A stretch of 64,000 nucleotides of DNA, taken from NCBI GenBank assembly GCA_044356295.1, contig JBIKWN010000001.1, positions 1 through 64,000 of the forward strand. The letters are read 5' to 3'. The position numbers and the translations under genes are program-made. The notes beneath the pieces are model-generated. The model was not told the DNA's origin. It did not search any database and worked only from the letters and a program-made list of their open reading frames with translations. This document shows, in pieces, positions 63,977 through 64,000 of this stretch; position 1 is the first letter of the stretch; each line of letters begins with the position of its first letter. The stretch comes from Bdellovibrionota bacterium. GTDB lineage: Bacteria; Bdellovibrionota_C; UBA2361; JBIKWN01.

Positions 63977-64000
63977 AAAAGATTACTCAGCTTCCCCATC

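Overview
AT-rich bacterial chromosomal segment made mostly of housekeeping genes. The gene order parA-parB-bactofilin-atpF'F-H-A-G-D-C (no atpB/E) and a gldAFG-DUF4340 cassette suggest a deltaproteobacterium/Bdellovibrionota-like organism (inference). It also carries PBP1A, argG/argE, metH, several glycosylation genes, rppH-recJ, a hybrid kinase, rpmH-rnpA-yidD-yidC-mnmE, lepB, ygfZ, pyrE, ccmH, cyoE and gpsA. No rRNA, tRNA, CRISPR or transposase was seen. Features missed by the ORF track: a VWA protein, rpmH, rnpA (no canonical start), a full-length outer-membrane barrel gene (no in-frame canonical start), a higB remnant and two parS sites. Best leads: (1) a Cys-rich exported leader ORF ending in an RGPP arrest-type motif directly upstream of a signal-peptide-bearing metallothionein-like protein; (2) two fusions joined by internal signal peptides (ATP synthase b'-b, SURF1-RlpA); (3) two apparent pseudoenzymes (a PqsB/PqsC-like dead+active FabH pair, a lysine-less BioF/SPT-family protein); (4) a dispersed hexamer-built inverted-repeat element. 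All calls come from motif reading by eye; no searches were run.
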